Assembly: GCA_038087875.1 (NCBI GenBank)
Contig: JAXLNO010000589.1
Location: 1 to 58,335, forward strand
Direction: 5' to 3'
Length of the DNA stretch: 58,335 nucleotides
Source of the DNA: Malacoraja senta
Lineage: Eukaryota
Of the stretch, positions 1-11,932 are shown piece after piece. The notes under the pieces were generated by a model. The model searched no databases. It had not been told where the DNA came from and was given only the letters and a program-made list of their open reading frames with translations. A program made the position numbers and the translations under genes. The stretch's first letter is position 1. Every line of letters starts with the position of its first letter.

Positions 1-599
1 CAATGCCTTTGCTCCTCGCGGCAAGCTGCACAGTTTTCAACGTGCTGCCTGCAGGAGTGACGTCACCACCCTCCCCCCCCCCCACCCCCCGGTTCTTCAA
101 AAGACGCAGAAGGAACGAGCAAGTGGGCTCTGTTCTGCAGACCCCGACGGCTTCCGTAGGGGCTTCCGAGACTTTCCTGCCGCTGAACATGAAGTACGCT
201 CACAACCCGAGATAACCTGAGGGCGTCCGCAGCGCAGCGTTCAGCCCCGTCCACAGCCCAGCCGCTGAACACAAAGTACGCTCACGCCTCGGCTCGGGTT
301 TCCCGACAGAACCGAGGAGCCCCCGAGTGATGACATCGCAAAGAGTTCCACGACCTGGGTAGGTGCTGCCTCTACCCCCCTCCCCCTCCTCTCTACCCCC
401 TCCCCGGGGCAGGGAAAGAGAGAGAGGTGAAGGGGGGGGAGAGAGGGGGGGGAGATTGGGTAGAGGGGGGGACGAGAGGGGGGGATGGACAGGGGAGGAG
501 GAGAGGGCGGAGGAGAGGAGGTCTAGTGTTTCCTAAACTTCAATCTCATTTTTAAAATTCTCCCCACATTTACTTCCCCCCCCCCCAAGAGTCTACCAT

Positions 600-790
600 T
601 CACCTACACAACAGGGGAGAATTACAGTGGCCAATTAACCCACTAGCCCAGTTGTGGTAGAAACCAGAGGGCCTGGAGAAAACTCACATGGTTACAGGGG
701 GAGCATGCAAACTCCACGTTGACTGTAACCATGGTCAAAAATTGAAGCCAGGTCTCTGGGATTTCTGGGACAATGGCTCCATAAATTGCT
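600..790 (-). mobile_element. Degenerate V-SINE/HE1-like SINE
   Basis: Reverse complement resembles the SINE at 2406-2670 (ggagtttgcatgctcccc, tggtttctaccaca, ggttaattggcc). Confidence 0.55.
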
Positions 791-816
791 CCACCTTGTT
801 TACAGGTTTACCTTTA

Positions 817-936
817 TGTGTAGGAAGGAACTGCAGATGATGGTTTATACCAAAGACAGATACAAAATGCTGGAGTAACTCAGCGGATCAAGCAGCATCT
901 CTGGAGAAATGGAATAGACGAAGTTTTGGGTCGGAA
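817..936 (-). mobile_element. Penelope-derived short repeat (3' UTR/pseudo-LTR fragment)
   Basis: aggaactgcagatg...aatgctggagtaactcagcgg...gcagcatctctggaga; the same block recurs at 3001-3130, 4885-5081, 5659-5755, 6811-6920 and 57369-57446. Confidence 0.65.
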
Positions 937-1270
937 CAAGGGTTGCCAACTGTCCCGTATTAGCCGGTACATCCAGTTTTTTTTTGGCTAAATTGGTTTG
1001 TCCCATACGGGACCGCCCTTGTCCCGTATTTGACTGCTACTACTCGGGTCGAGGGGACTCCCGGGTCGAAGCATCGAGTCCGGCCCTGCCTCACCTCTCC
1101 CGACACAGTGCAGAAGCAGCGTCTCGCCCTTGGCCCCGTCGGTCGGCAGCCAGGCCAGCTGTCCGACCTTCAGACCTTCGCTTACCGCCGACCCCACCTC
1201 CCCTCCTTCTCATGGCCGATCACCGGTTAATGAGTTGGATGGGGTGCCGGACTTTGCGCACGACTTGACT
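937..1270. mobile_element. Possible end of a non-autonomous DNA transposon (hAT-like TIR start)
   Basis: Starts CAAGGGTTGCCAAC with repeated tgtcccgtatt subterminal motifs; the partner TIR was not found. Confidence 0.35.
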
Positions 1271-1274
1271 CATA

Positions 1275-1720
1275 AATCTCCTTTGAACACTCTCCTCTCA
1301 CGTTAAATATATGCCTTCGAGTGATTTGACATTTCCACCTTGACAAAATAATTCAGACAATATAGCCCAGCTATGCCTTTGATAATTTTATAAACCTATC
1401 AGGTTGTCCCTCGGCCTCCAACACTCCACTCAAAACAATTTGTCCAACCTCTCCTTATAGCTGATAAACTCCAATCCAGTAATATCCTGGCAAACCCTTT
1501 CTGAACCTTCTCCAAAGCCTCTGCATCGTCCCTGTACTGTGGTAATCAGTATTGCACACAATACTTCAAATGTGACTTAACCAAAGTCTTATAAAGCTGC
1601 AAAATGGCTTCCTGACTCTTATACAATGCCCCAACCAACAAAGGCAAGTATATCATGTGCCTTATTTACCACCCTATTCACTTGTGTTGCTACTTTCAGG
1701 GACCTATGTACATGCACCCC
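1275..1720 (-). mobile_element. Old CR1 LINE RT fragment (continues ~2110-2310)
   Basis: Degenerate match to the CR1 ORF2 3' region seen at 25354-25900 (e.g. attgcacacaatacttcaaatgtg). Confidence 0.55.
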
Positions 1721-1732
1721 AAGATCCCCCTG

Positions 1733-2110
1733 GGCCAGGAAGCGAGCGGGCAAGATCATCTCTGACCCCTCTCACCCTGGCCACAAACTCTTTGAATCAC
1801 TTCCCTCTGGAAGGTGACTCCGGACTTTCAAAGCTGCCACAGCCAGACATAAAAACAGTTTCTATCCACGAGTAGTTGCTCTACTCAACAGCCAAAAATC
1901 TTTAGCCTCCCTTTGATCTGGTATTTTGTTGGTTCACATGCTTGATCAATGGTGTTTTATCATTAATGTTTTATTATTATTAATGTTTAGTGTTTTCTGA
2001 GTCATTCGTAACTGTCACTGTATGTCATGTTGTTACTTGTGGGCAGAGCACCAAGGCAAATTCCTTGTATGTGAATACTTGGCCAATAAACTTACTTACT
2101 TACTTACTTA
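1733..2110 (+). mobile_element. Rex1/Babar-type LINE 3' end
   Basis: Peptide RKRAGKIISDPSHPGHKLFESLPSGR is typical of the Rex1 C-terminus; ends in caataaa followed by a (CTTA)n tail. Confidence 0.75.
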
Positions 2111-2405
2111 TATTGATGCCTCTAACAGTACTGAATAATAACTGAATAATTGACCTCCCAAAATCCATCACCTCACACTTTTCTAAATTAAATTCCATCA
2201 GTCATTTCTCCACTCAAAAATACTAAGCAATCTATATCCCACCGCTTGCTTTGAAAACCATCCTTGCCATTCATAACTTCACTAATTTTAATGATGCCTC
2301 TAAGCATACTAATATCTATTAAAAAAGACATAAAGTGCTGGAGTGACTCAACAGATCAGGCAACATGTCCCGAGAACATGGATAGGTGACATTTTGAGTC
2401 ATGCA

Positions 2406-2670
2406 GGACGGCACAGTGGCGCAGCGATAGAGTTGGTGCGTCATAACGCCAGACACCTGGGTTCTATCCTGACTACGGGTGCTGTCTGTATGGAGTTTGT
2501 ACATTCTCCCCGTGATCATGTGGGTTTTCTCCGGGTGCTCCAGTTTCCTACCACACTTCAAAAACATGCAGGTTTGTAGGTTAATTGGCTTCTGTAATTG
2601 TCTCCAGTGTGTGGGATAGAACTAGTGTTCAGGTGATTGCTGGCCCATGCTATATTTCTAAACTAAACAA
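2406..2670 (+). mobile_element. tRNA-derived V-SINE (HE1-like)
   Basis: tRNA-like head (ggcacagtggcgcagcg...gggttctatcc), V-domain-like tggagtttgtacattctccccgtg...ctccgggtgctccagtttcc, and a ctaaactaaac tail. Confidence 0.8.
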
Positions 2671-3000
2671 AACCCTTCTTCTGAAAAATGTCGGTGATCT
2701 AATAGTTACATTTTGCTAGCTTCATAATTACATTTTCATAATTACTAAATATTACATACATATATTTGAACAAGACAACTCTGAGAGGTTTGTAAATTAG
2801 TGACAGATCATAAACCAAATAGAAGTCAAGTTGGATTGATTTTCAGTTTCAAGTCAGATCTACATTTTACTGCTGCTTAAGACTAATTCGCATCAACAAT
2901 TCGCATCACAAGACAACAGCAGTTTACAAAGACACATTTCTAACCACAGTGGCAGGGACAATCTCCACCAACTAATCCTATTGATATTGATATTGATTAA

Positions 3001-3033
3001 GTCTGAAGAAAGGTTCCGACCCGAAACGTTACC
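3001..3033 (+). ncRNA. Minimal hammerhead ribozyme motif of Penelope-like element
   Basis: CTGAAGA-aaggttccgaccc-GAAA-cgtt, i.e. CUGANGA, helix II, GAAA and a palindromic helix III. Confidence 0.6.
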
Positions 3034-4231
3034 TATTCCTCTTATCCAGATATGCTGTCTGACCCGCTGAGTTACTCCAGTAATTTGTGTCTATCTTTGG
3101 TATAAACCAGCATCTGCAATTTCTTCCGACAAATCCTATTGATGTGTACAGGTCAAACAGAAAGACCAAATTCAGAGAGGTAAAGGCCAGGTGGAGATAG
3201 CACTATTTCTTCTTATCCCTTCAACTGGGCAGTGCTGAGCAACAGTCCAGGTAAATAAATGTGCTGCTTTTAAAAAAAGAAGCAATTTAACCATAATGAG
3301 TGTAACTTCTTCCAGTAGGTGGATGGGTGGATGGATACGATTCTAACATTTCTATTCATGGATGAAATGAAAGTGCCAAGATGAAACACTTTATTTAATG
3401 AGTGTCGTCAAGAGTGTTTAATTGTTATATGCACTGGGTATGAACCGGAACAATGAAATTCTTACTTGCTGCCGCTTTTCAGGCACATTAAGCACAACAC
3501 TATAAATATACAGTAAATTATTAGTTATTCTAAGTGAACTAGACCATGATAGTGCAAAAACCAAGTACGTAGAGCAACATGGTAGTGCAAAGTCGCTAGT
3601 GGGTCGGTGCTGAGGTAGGGTTGTGGTTAGGGTTGTACAGAGTGGTTAACAAACCTGATGGTTAATGAGAAGAAGGTGTCCTTTGAAACTGGAGGCCACG
3701 TTCTAGGACTCCCCTACCTTCTTGCCAATGGTAGCAGCAAGAAGAAAACGTGTCCAGGATGGTGTTTGCTGCCTTCTTCAGGCAGCATTTCCTGTATACT
3801 CTATCACATGCATCTATTTACTCTTCATTTTAGGCATGTACAAAAGTCGATTAATTAATTTGTTTCCTGTTTCTGTGTTTTATGACTCTATGGGCAAATG
3901 GGACTCGCTTAGCTGGGGCATCTTGGTCAGCATGGACAAGTTGGCCCCAAGAGCCTGTATGAGTCTATGACCTGCCAATCTTTGGAAACCAGAGAACCCG
4001 GAGGGAACCCACTAGGTCACAGAGAGAAGGTGCAAACTCCACACAGATGGCCCGAGGTCAGGAACGAATGTGGAGCTGCGAAACAGGAGCAGCTCCTGTT
4101 TTTCAATCATGTCTAACCCAGCTGGTGGTTTGGTGACTGAATCAGATTGCCTGCCATTCTCATGTCATCATCCAACCTGAATATACTTTATATTGAAACA
4201 AGGCACAAGGAACTGGAGGAAATCAACTGGT

Positions 4232-4735
4232 TCAAAGTTCAAAGGTATTTTATTGTCATGTGTGCCAATTAAGGTACAGTGAAACTCGATTTACCATACA
4301 GTCGTACTAAAAAAAGCAACAGGACACACAACTACATCCCCACATTCCTCACTGTGATGGAAGGCAATACAGTCTAATCTTCCTCCTCTTCATTCTCCCG
4401 CGGTCGGGCAGTCGAATCATCTGCAGTCGGGCCGATCGAAGCTCCCGCAGCCGGCGATCGAAGCTCCCACGTCGGAGCGGTCGAAGCTCCCACAGTTGGA
4501 GCTCCCAAAGTCGATCCCCAGCAAGAGGCCGCCAACTCTTCGATGTTAGGCCGCAAATCGCATCTCTGTCGAGTAAGAGATTAAAAAAACGTTTCCCCCA
4601 ACCACACCCCACCCCCCACATAAAACAAAGCTATAGAACACTAAAACATACATTTAACACATACTAAAATACAACAAAGAAAGAAAAGGACGAGACAGAC
4701 TGTGGCAAGGCAGCCATTGCGGCGCCACCCGGTGG
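4232..4735 (-). mobile_element. Short non-autonomous retroposon family X (copy 1)
   Basis: Tandem-repeat tail plus tttattgtca, central ttcctcactgtgatggaagg block, 5' end GGTGGCGC; homologous to 27887-28480 and 57982-58335. Confidence 0.6.
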
Positions 4736-4749
4736 TTGTTAGGTAGGTT

Positions 4750-5410
4750 AGGCAGCATCTCTGGAGAACACGTCTGAGCGATGTTTCGGGTTGTGACCCT
4801 TCTTCAGACTGATTGCAGTAGGGGGGGAGAAAGCTGGAAGAGAGGCGGGGGGGGGGTTGGGCAAAAGTCTGGTGAGTGGTAGGTGGAGGAAGGAACTGCA
4901 AATGCTAGTTTACACCAAAGATAGACACAAAATGCTGGAGTAACTCTGTGGGTCAGGCAGCATCTCTGGAGTAGGAGACATTTTGTGCTTGAAGAAGGAT
5001 TCCACCCGAAATGTGGAAATTCCATCCTTTTCTCCAGAGATGCTGCCTGACCCGCTGAGTTACTCCATCATTTTGTGTCTAAAGTGATATGCGGATACAA
5101 GTGAGTGGGGGTATTGATTTGCAGATCATTGAACAAAGGGCAGAGATGAAAAGGAAAAAAAGTGTGAGATAAGGAGTTAAGGATAGAAGGGGTGCAAAAT
5201 GTGAATCCAGAGGAAGAAATGTAGGTGGATGGAGATGGGAGGAATGGGAAAGGGAGAAATGACTGGGTATCCACGTGGTATACAGGGAAGAAAAGGGGCA
5301 GAGGAAAAGGTGGTGGGGAGGTGGTAGGTTAGTCACCTAAAATAGGAGAATTAAATTTTCATACCGCAGGGTTATAAACTATTCAAATGGAATATGAGGG
5401 ACTGTTCTTT
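4750..5410 (-). mobile_element. Penelope-like element remnant with internal inverted repeat
   Basis: Hammerhead motif at 4778-4810 (-), 50-bp inverted arms at 4922-4971/5032-5081, and 5335-5410 resembles the GIY-YIG C-terminus at 5858-5930. Confidence 0.6.
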
Positions 5411-5720
5411 TGGGCAATAAATGCATGATATGCATATGCATTTTCCTCTCATCTCTTTAAAGAACAAAAGACTTGCTCATAAATATTCATTTGAAATCTT
5501 ATTTCATAGTTATGAATATCAATTATTGCAATCTTGATTATCTTAATTATAGTTTTAAAATTTGGTAACAAATGTTTCTCTTTTGGATATCTCTTGGTGA
5601 CAGTAATTAGGATGACAGATTTTCCTGTTTTCCTCCTGCTATTTAAAAAAAGCAAAGGTAGACACAAGTGCTGGAGAAACTCAGCGGGTGCAGCAGCATC
5701 TATGGAGCGAAGGAAATAGG

Positions 5721-5752
5721 CAACGTTTCGGGCCGAAACCCTTCTTCAGACT
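5721..5752 (-). ncRNA. Minimal hammerhead ribozyme motif (Penelope 3' UTR)
   Basis: Reverse complement agtCTGAAGAagggtttcggcccGAAAcgttg. Confidence 0.7.
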
Positions 5753-5857
5753 GATGTAGGGTGCGGGGGGTGGGGGGGGGGGGGAGAAGAAAGGAAAAAG
5801 GAAGAGGAGGAGCCAGAGGGCTGAGAGAGAGCTGAGAAGGGGAGGAGACAGCAAAGG

Positions 5858-6184
5858 CTACTGGAAATTGGAGAATTCAATGTTTATGCCGCTAGGGTGC
5901 AGACTGCCCAAGCGGAATATGAGGTGCTGCTCCTCCAATTTCCGGTGGTGCTCACTCTGGCCATGGAGGAGGCCCAGGACAGAGAGGTCGGATTCGGAAT
6001 GGGAGGGGGAGTTGAAGTGCTGAGCCACCGGGAGATCAGGTTGGTTAATGCGGACCGAGCGGAGGTGTTCGGCAAAACGATCGCCAAGCCTACGCTTGGT
6101 CTCACCGATGTAGATCAGCTGACATCTAGAGCAGTGGATGCAATAGATGAGGTTGGAGGAGATGCAGGTGAACCTCTCTCGCAC
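5858..6184 (-). pseudogene. Penelope GIY-YIG endonuclease domain (5'-truncated)
   Basis: FTCISSNLIYCIHCSRCQLIYIGETKRRLGDRFAEHLRS...RKLEEQHLIFRLGSLHPSGIN shows the IY...YIG, R, H, E and N signature residues. Confidence 0.9.
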
Positions 6185-7759
6185 CTGGAACGACTGCTTG
6201 GGTCCTTAAATGGAGTCGAGAGGGGAGGTAGCAATTTGATTGATCCACTCGTTAAGCATTTGCAATATATGAAAGTCTTCTCAATTGCATTGAATAACCT
6301 GCTTGACTGTGACAGGACTTTACACCTGTTGAAAAGTGGCTGTAATTGCAGCATTTAAGGCAGACCTTATACAATCATCACTGTGTTGAGGGCACTGTGA
6401 CTTGACCCTGTGCTTACAACTATTAATTCCCTTCTGCGAGAAGGCCAAGGCTAAGTATCAGCTTTTCTTTAAAGAGGAGCCCATCACCAGATGTCCAGTA
6501 AATACCAGACTGTTTTATTCAGCTGTGGTGGTGGTAGATTAACACACCCACAGAACTGTGCAGTTTGTTTTGTACAAACAGAGGGTATCATAATATTCTG
6601 CCCATCCAATGGATGGATGTAGAAAAGTATCGTAAAGCATGGAGAGACCGCAATCTAACAAAATGGGTCTGCCGGCAAGTCCTCCCCAGGTCTCGACAGG
6701 GTTCCATTCCAGAGAACTGTTCCAAACCCAGGCGGTTTGCAAGTTAGAAAGAGCGAAGAGTCAAAGTATTTCATTGCCATATGCACAGGAACAATGAAAC
6801 TCTTGCGTACAAGGAACTGCAGATGCTGGTTTACAAAAAAAGACACAGAGTGCTGCATTAACTCATCTCTGGGGAATGTGGATAGGTGACGTTTTGGGTC
6901 GAGTGCCCTTCTTCAGACTGCTGCTTATGTACCAAGAGTCAAGAGTGTTTTATTGTTATATGGCCCAAACCAGAACAGTGTAATCCTCACTTGCAGCAGC
7001 ACAACAGATATAGAGGTTCTGGTGTTTAATAGTTGATGGCTGTCGGAAGGAAGTTGCTCGTACACCTGGACATTACAGTTTTCATGCTCTTATACTTTCT
7101 TCCCGATGGCAGGAGTCAAATGAGTGTGTGGCCAGGGTGGTGTGTGTCACTGATGATGCCTTTTTGAGGCAGCGACGTTTGCATGGTGGGGAGGTCAGTG
7201 TGCATCATGAAGGTTCATCATGATTTCCCTGTGCTTATACCCTGTGCCTCCACTTATCAAGCTCAGGGTCCCCTGTGTCCTTCTATCACAATCTCAACCT
7301 TTCCTAGAATATATCCCAAATGTTCTCTGTCCTTGCTTCCTTTTTACAATTGTGCCTTCCTGCATATATTATCAGATGAAAAATGACTAATTGTAGAATT
7401 ATAATTTGTTTTGTTCTTAACACAACAACACTGCAAAAATACAATAAATTATTCTAAGCAAACTAGGGCATGTTAGTGCAAGCCAAATTAGTTTTAGTTT
7501 TTACATTTATAGATATGATGACTCTGCAACCCTATGACTCGATGTCCCAAATGCTTGTTTGCTGTTGCAGGCTGTACATCTAGACTTGATGAGCTGAATG
7601 ACTTATCAGTCATGTTTGTAGGTTGGGGAGCACTTGGAACAAAGAGTTGGGCATTCAGGTAGGATTGTAACAGTAGGGAAAGATGGTGAAAGCATTACTT
7701 CATCCATTCAATGCCACCAGGCCACTGGGCCTTAAAGTGAAATATGCAAAAAATTGCAT

Positions 7760-7945
7760 CACACTTTGAAGAAAGAGTTAGATTTAGCTCTTAGGGCTAA
7801 AGGAACCAAGGGATATGGGGAAAAAGCAGGAACGGGGTACTGATTTTAGATGATCAACCATGATCATATTGAATGGCAGTACTGGCTCGATGGGCCGAAT
7901 GTCCTACTCCTGCACCTATTTTTTTATGTTTCTATGTTTCTATGA
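7760..7945 (+). mobile_element. CR1 LINE 3' terminus
   Basis: Matches the CR1 end at 39690-39862, with a (tttctatg)n tail. Confidence 0.75.
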
Positions 7946-8049
7946 ACCAAGATCGGGTATTTCAGAGGCCTGGAAGTTGCAAGATGGCACCGATACGTGG
8001 TGACTTTCTGTGTACTATTTTAGAAGACGATCTATTGTTCTCATGCAAA

Positions 8050-8410
8050 ATGTGACCTGATAGAAGTACACAAAATTATGAGTTACTTATGGCATAAGTA
8101 GGGTAGACAATTAGAACCTCTTTCCCAGGATAGAAATATCAACCAATAGAGGGCATGGCTTTAAACGAGAGGGGCAAAGTTTAAAGGAGATACGTTTTTA
8201 TTTACACAGATGGTGGTGAGTGTCTAAATGCATTGCTGGAGTGGTGGATGAGGCAGATGTGATAGTGGCATTTAAGAGACTTTTAGATAGGTACAATGAT
8301 ATGCAGGGAATGGAGGGATATGTGCAGGCAGATCTTGGTCTTGGCACCATATTTGGCACAGACATTATGGGTCGTGTGCCTGTGTGGTACAGTTTTATGT
8401 TCTATGGTTT
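8050..8410 (+). mobile_element. Old CR1 3' fragment
   Basis: Degenerate end of CR1 ORF2 (…AFKRLLDRY…MEGY). Confidence 0.6.
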
Positions 8411-8509
8411 GATCGATAACATGCAGAACTAGCTTTTCACCCTATCTCTGTACACGTGACAAAAAAGAACCCATTGAACCATTAAGCCACAATTGAAGCA
8501 AAGTAAAGG

Positions 8510-8790
8510 TTTAGTTTAGTTTATTGTCACGTGTACTGAGGTACAGGGAAAAGCTTTTTTTGTGCGTGCTATGTAGTCAATGGAAAGACCATACCTGATT
8601 ACAAACAAATCGTTCACAATGTACAAGTACAGGATAATGGGAATGACATTTAGTGCAAGATAAAGTACAGTCAAGTCCGATTAAAGATAGTCCGAGGGTC
8701 GCCAATGAGATAAATGGTAGGTCAGGACCGCTCTCTAGTTGGTGATAGGTTTCAGTTGCCTGATAACAACTGTGCCTGAAAGTGACATGT
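8510..8790 (-). mobile_element. Rex1-like LINE 3' fragment
   Basis: (tttag)n tail plus tttattgtcacgtgtac; same family as 55822-56290. Confidence 0.55.
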
Positions 8791-9409
8791 GTAAGAAACT
8801 GGATTTCTCCAAGAGCCAAGTTAGGACATTTCAGAGACTTTAGGGAGAGAATTATGTACCTGGCCAATTCATGACAATTGACACTGAAGAGGGCGATGCA
8901 GAAGAGGCCAGAGTGAGCTGGAATGATGGGGATTGATTGTGTATGGCTGCAGCGGGTCATGTAGATAGGAAATAAACCAGGAAAAGACTTAAATGTAAAA
9001 TGAGTTCAGTTAGTATGGTATAAAGATGATTAAAATAGAATACATCTGATTGTGCTTAGCTCAGCAGGCCAGTTTCATTAGCATTTACAACAGTTGTTTG
9101 ATCTTGGAACAAAGCACTGTCCTGGCATTAGTGGTCAGGATGCCTCAAGGCAATTACATGAAGGGAAGGCTCAATGAAGTAAGTTACAAGTCAACGTCAC
9201 TTTGCATTACTCAGTTTGACATCTTCCCAGCGGTAAGGAGCATTAACATAGAGAGATTGGCAGGGTAGATGTTGAGTTGCAGACTGGAGAGTCTAGAACT
9301 CAGGGGCATAGTCACAGGATAAGGGATTGCTCCTTTGTAATGGAGGAAAGTAAAGGATTCTTCACCCAGAGGACATTGAATCTTGGTGGCAGGGGATGCT
9401 CAGTTTTGT

Positions 9410-9519
9410 TTAGTTAAGAGATTCAGCATGGAAACAGGCCCTTTGGACCATCGAATCCACTCTGGCCATTCATCACCTATTTACACTAGTTCTGTGTTTC
9501 TCACTTTCTCATCCACACC
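9410..9519 (-). mobile_element. V-SINE 3' portion truncated by the Gypsy LTR
   Basis: Aligns to the first ~110 bp of the minus-strand SINE at 55250-55562, then stops at TGTT. Confidence 0.55.
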
Positions 9520-9678
9520 TGTTAGGTATGTAATGTAATTAACATATTTGATATCTTGCGCAATGGTACATATGCACAAGGGAGACTCAAGGTGGCGTCC
9601 TGGAATAAAGAAGCTTGTTAGTTTACTCCCATGTCCGAGTGTTATTTAAAGACCGTTCCAAGCAATAAATACACAACA
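9520..9678 (+). mobile_element. 5' LTR of Gypsy retrotransposon
   Basis: TGTT...AACA termini, internal AATAAA motifs, immediately followed by a PBS. Confidence 0.7.
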
Positions 9679-9680
9679 AT

Positions 9681-9693
9681 TGGCAACGAGGAT
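9681..9693 (+). promoter_or_regulatory. Primer-binding site, tRNA-Ser(GCU)-type
   Basis: TGGCAACGAGGAT has one mismatch to TGGCGACGAGGAT and lies 2 nt after the LTR CA. Confidence 0.7.
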
Positions 9694-9997
9694 AAAAGAA
9701 CAGAAAAGAAAAGGACTGTCAAGAAAAAAGAAAAAAAGTTTTAAAAGAGGTTGTATTTGGACACAAAGAGGAAAGGCACCAAGCAAAAAGATTTGGCACC
9801 AAATTGTATTTGAATTGGCGCCAAAGAAAAGAAAGGTCAGAACGGGAAGCAAGAACGGGAGTAGGAGAGACTCGCGCCGACTAGCTCCGGGAAAAAAACG
9901 TTGAAAACGGGGGAAAAAGACGGGACCTACCTCTGGAAAACGGCACCGAGTGTTTGCAACAGGTCCGTGACGTCATCAGGCGCGCGACACCGGCAGC

Positions 9998-11025
9998 ATG
10001 TCGACTCAACACACCCCCCCCCCAAGACGAGAAAAATCGGTAAGGGAAAAGAGGCAGGCCCAACTGAAGCCTCGGGCTCAGTTTTAACAGCATCCCAAGA
10101 AGATATCTCAAGGAAGAAAAAAACAGATGTGGAAGAATTAAGAACCTTCCTGACACAGGAAATCTCTAAAATAATGATAGAATTTAAAAATCTTAAACAG
10201 GAGCTGAAATCTTTAAAAGATGAAATTAAAGAACAAATTAAAGATGAGGTTACAGCTTCTGTGCATGAAGTTCTGGAAGACTGGAAATTAACCATGGAAG
10301 AAAATATGCATCAAAATACTGTAGAAGTATATGATAAACTGAATTCGATGGAATCCAGATTTGATGCTAAGTTGGAGCCGATCCTCCAGACTTTAAATCA
10401 ACACCACGAGGCTGTAAAGGAATTGGAGGAAATTGCTGAGACAAGCACCGAAACAACAAAAAAACTTATTGCCGAGAACAAACGCCTATCGAAGTTATTA
10501 CATCAAATAACTGAAAAATGTATTGACTTGGAGGGACGACAGAGACGGCAGAATTTAAGAATCGTAGGCGTCCAGGAAGGCAGAGAGGGGAATCGTGACC
10601 CTCGCGAATTTGCTGCAGATCTGCTGAAAAAAGTCTTGAATCTGGATCAAGCACCGTTAATTGCCCGAGCGCACAGAGTATCAAGACGTCGCCCAGGGGT
10701 GGGCGCCCCCCCAAGGCAACTGATAGTGAAGGTGCAATATGACCATGTTTTGGATGATATGATGAAGATAATTGTTCAAAGCAGAAACCTCGCATTTGAA
10801 GGAGACAAGATAAGCATATTTAGAGATTATCCTGTGGAAGTCGCCAAGAAGAGAGCGCTGTTTACAGAAACAAGAAGAATACTTAAGAATATAAACAATC
10901 TGAGATATGGACTGTTATATCCCGCAACATTAAGAGTGACCTATGAGAAGAAGGAACATTTCTTCGTCAAGCATACAGAGGCACTTGAATTTGCCCAGAG
11001 CATTGTGAATAAGACCGAAGATTGA
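9998..11025 (+). CDS. L1 ORF1p (coiled coil + RRM/CTD); frameshift in poly-C just after the ATG
   Basis: DLEGRQRRQNLRIVGVQEG...RAHR...IFRDYP...YGLLYPATLRV; ATG at 9998 inferred by comparison with the intact copy at 36052. Confidence 0.85.
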
Positions 11026-11932
11026 ATAATATTCTACACCCAACATTCACCTGAAGACAGTGGAAACTGTTATCCTGCAGAGAAGAGATGGAACTTTAAA
11101 CTATAATTTTTAAGAATTGGGCAATTATCTTGCTACTGATACATAAAATTTATATTTTAGTACTAATTTCTAACAATTAGCTCTAATCACGAATACTAAT
11201 CAATACTAATTGTTGTTAACTGGACCAACTCAGAATTGATTAAAAGTATGAAATATAAGTAAAGTGTGATCCAAATAATTAATTAATAAAATATAGGAAG
11301 TTTTTTCCTTGCTATTTTGGATATTTGGATATTTTGGACTTTGATTACTCTTTAATAATGTTTTTTTGATTACTCTTTAATAATGTTTTTTGATTACTCT
11401 TTAACAGTGTCTTCCCCCTTTTTTTTTTCTTTTTTTTAAATTAAGAAAAAAGGGAGGAAAAATATTTTTAGCTTGCTATATGATACTAACATTTGAATTG
11501 GAGACTAACAAATACTTCAATTATGGAATAAAACTATTGTTTCCCTCCCCCCCATAAATTGTTTTCATTGTAATTGAAACTTTTCTTTTAAGGAAAGTAC
11601 GGAGCTAGTAATATTTTTTTTTTTAACAAAAGCTACGGAAGTCTTTAGATGTTTAGCCACACTAGGGTGGCTATCACTAACTGCACTAATCATAGTTGTA
11701 GTTTTCTTCTTTTTCTATTTTTTACACGTTACTAATACAACATTTTGTTACCTTTTCTATCTTATGTTATATTATATTTTGTATTTGGAATGGAATTATA
11801 TGTTTTATCTAGGGAGATATGTCCGGATGAAAAACCGACGAGACTTAGAATTCATCTACCTGAGGTTCAAGTATAAGGTAGGGTTTAGTGCGCTGATCCA
11901 GCTGATCCAACATAGACCACTTTAATCACAAG

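Larger units (their letters stand above)
5659..6230 (-). mobile_element. Penelope-like element 3' part (GIY-YIG endonuclease + 3' UTR with hammerhead)
   Basis: ORF at 5858-6184 followed by a pyrimidine-rich UTR and CTGAAGAAGGGTTTCGGCCCGAAACGTT at 5752-5721. Confidence 0.85.

Noticed and set aside
1..530. CpG-rich segment with a duplicated 25-mer and G-rich tract, possibly a Helitron-like end (CTAGT)
   Set aside because: Truncated by the window edge and lacking a clear subterminal hairpin; not classifiable.
2406..2480. tRNA gene
   Set aside because: It is the tRNA-derived head of a SINE, contiguous with the V-domain and tail.
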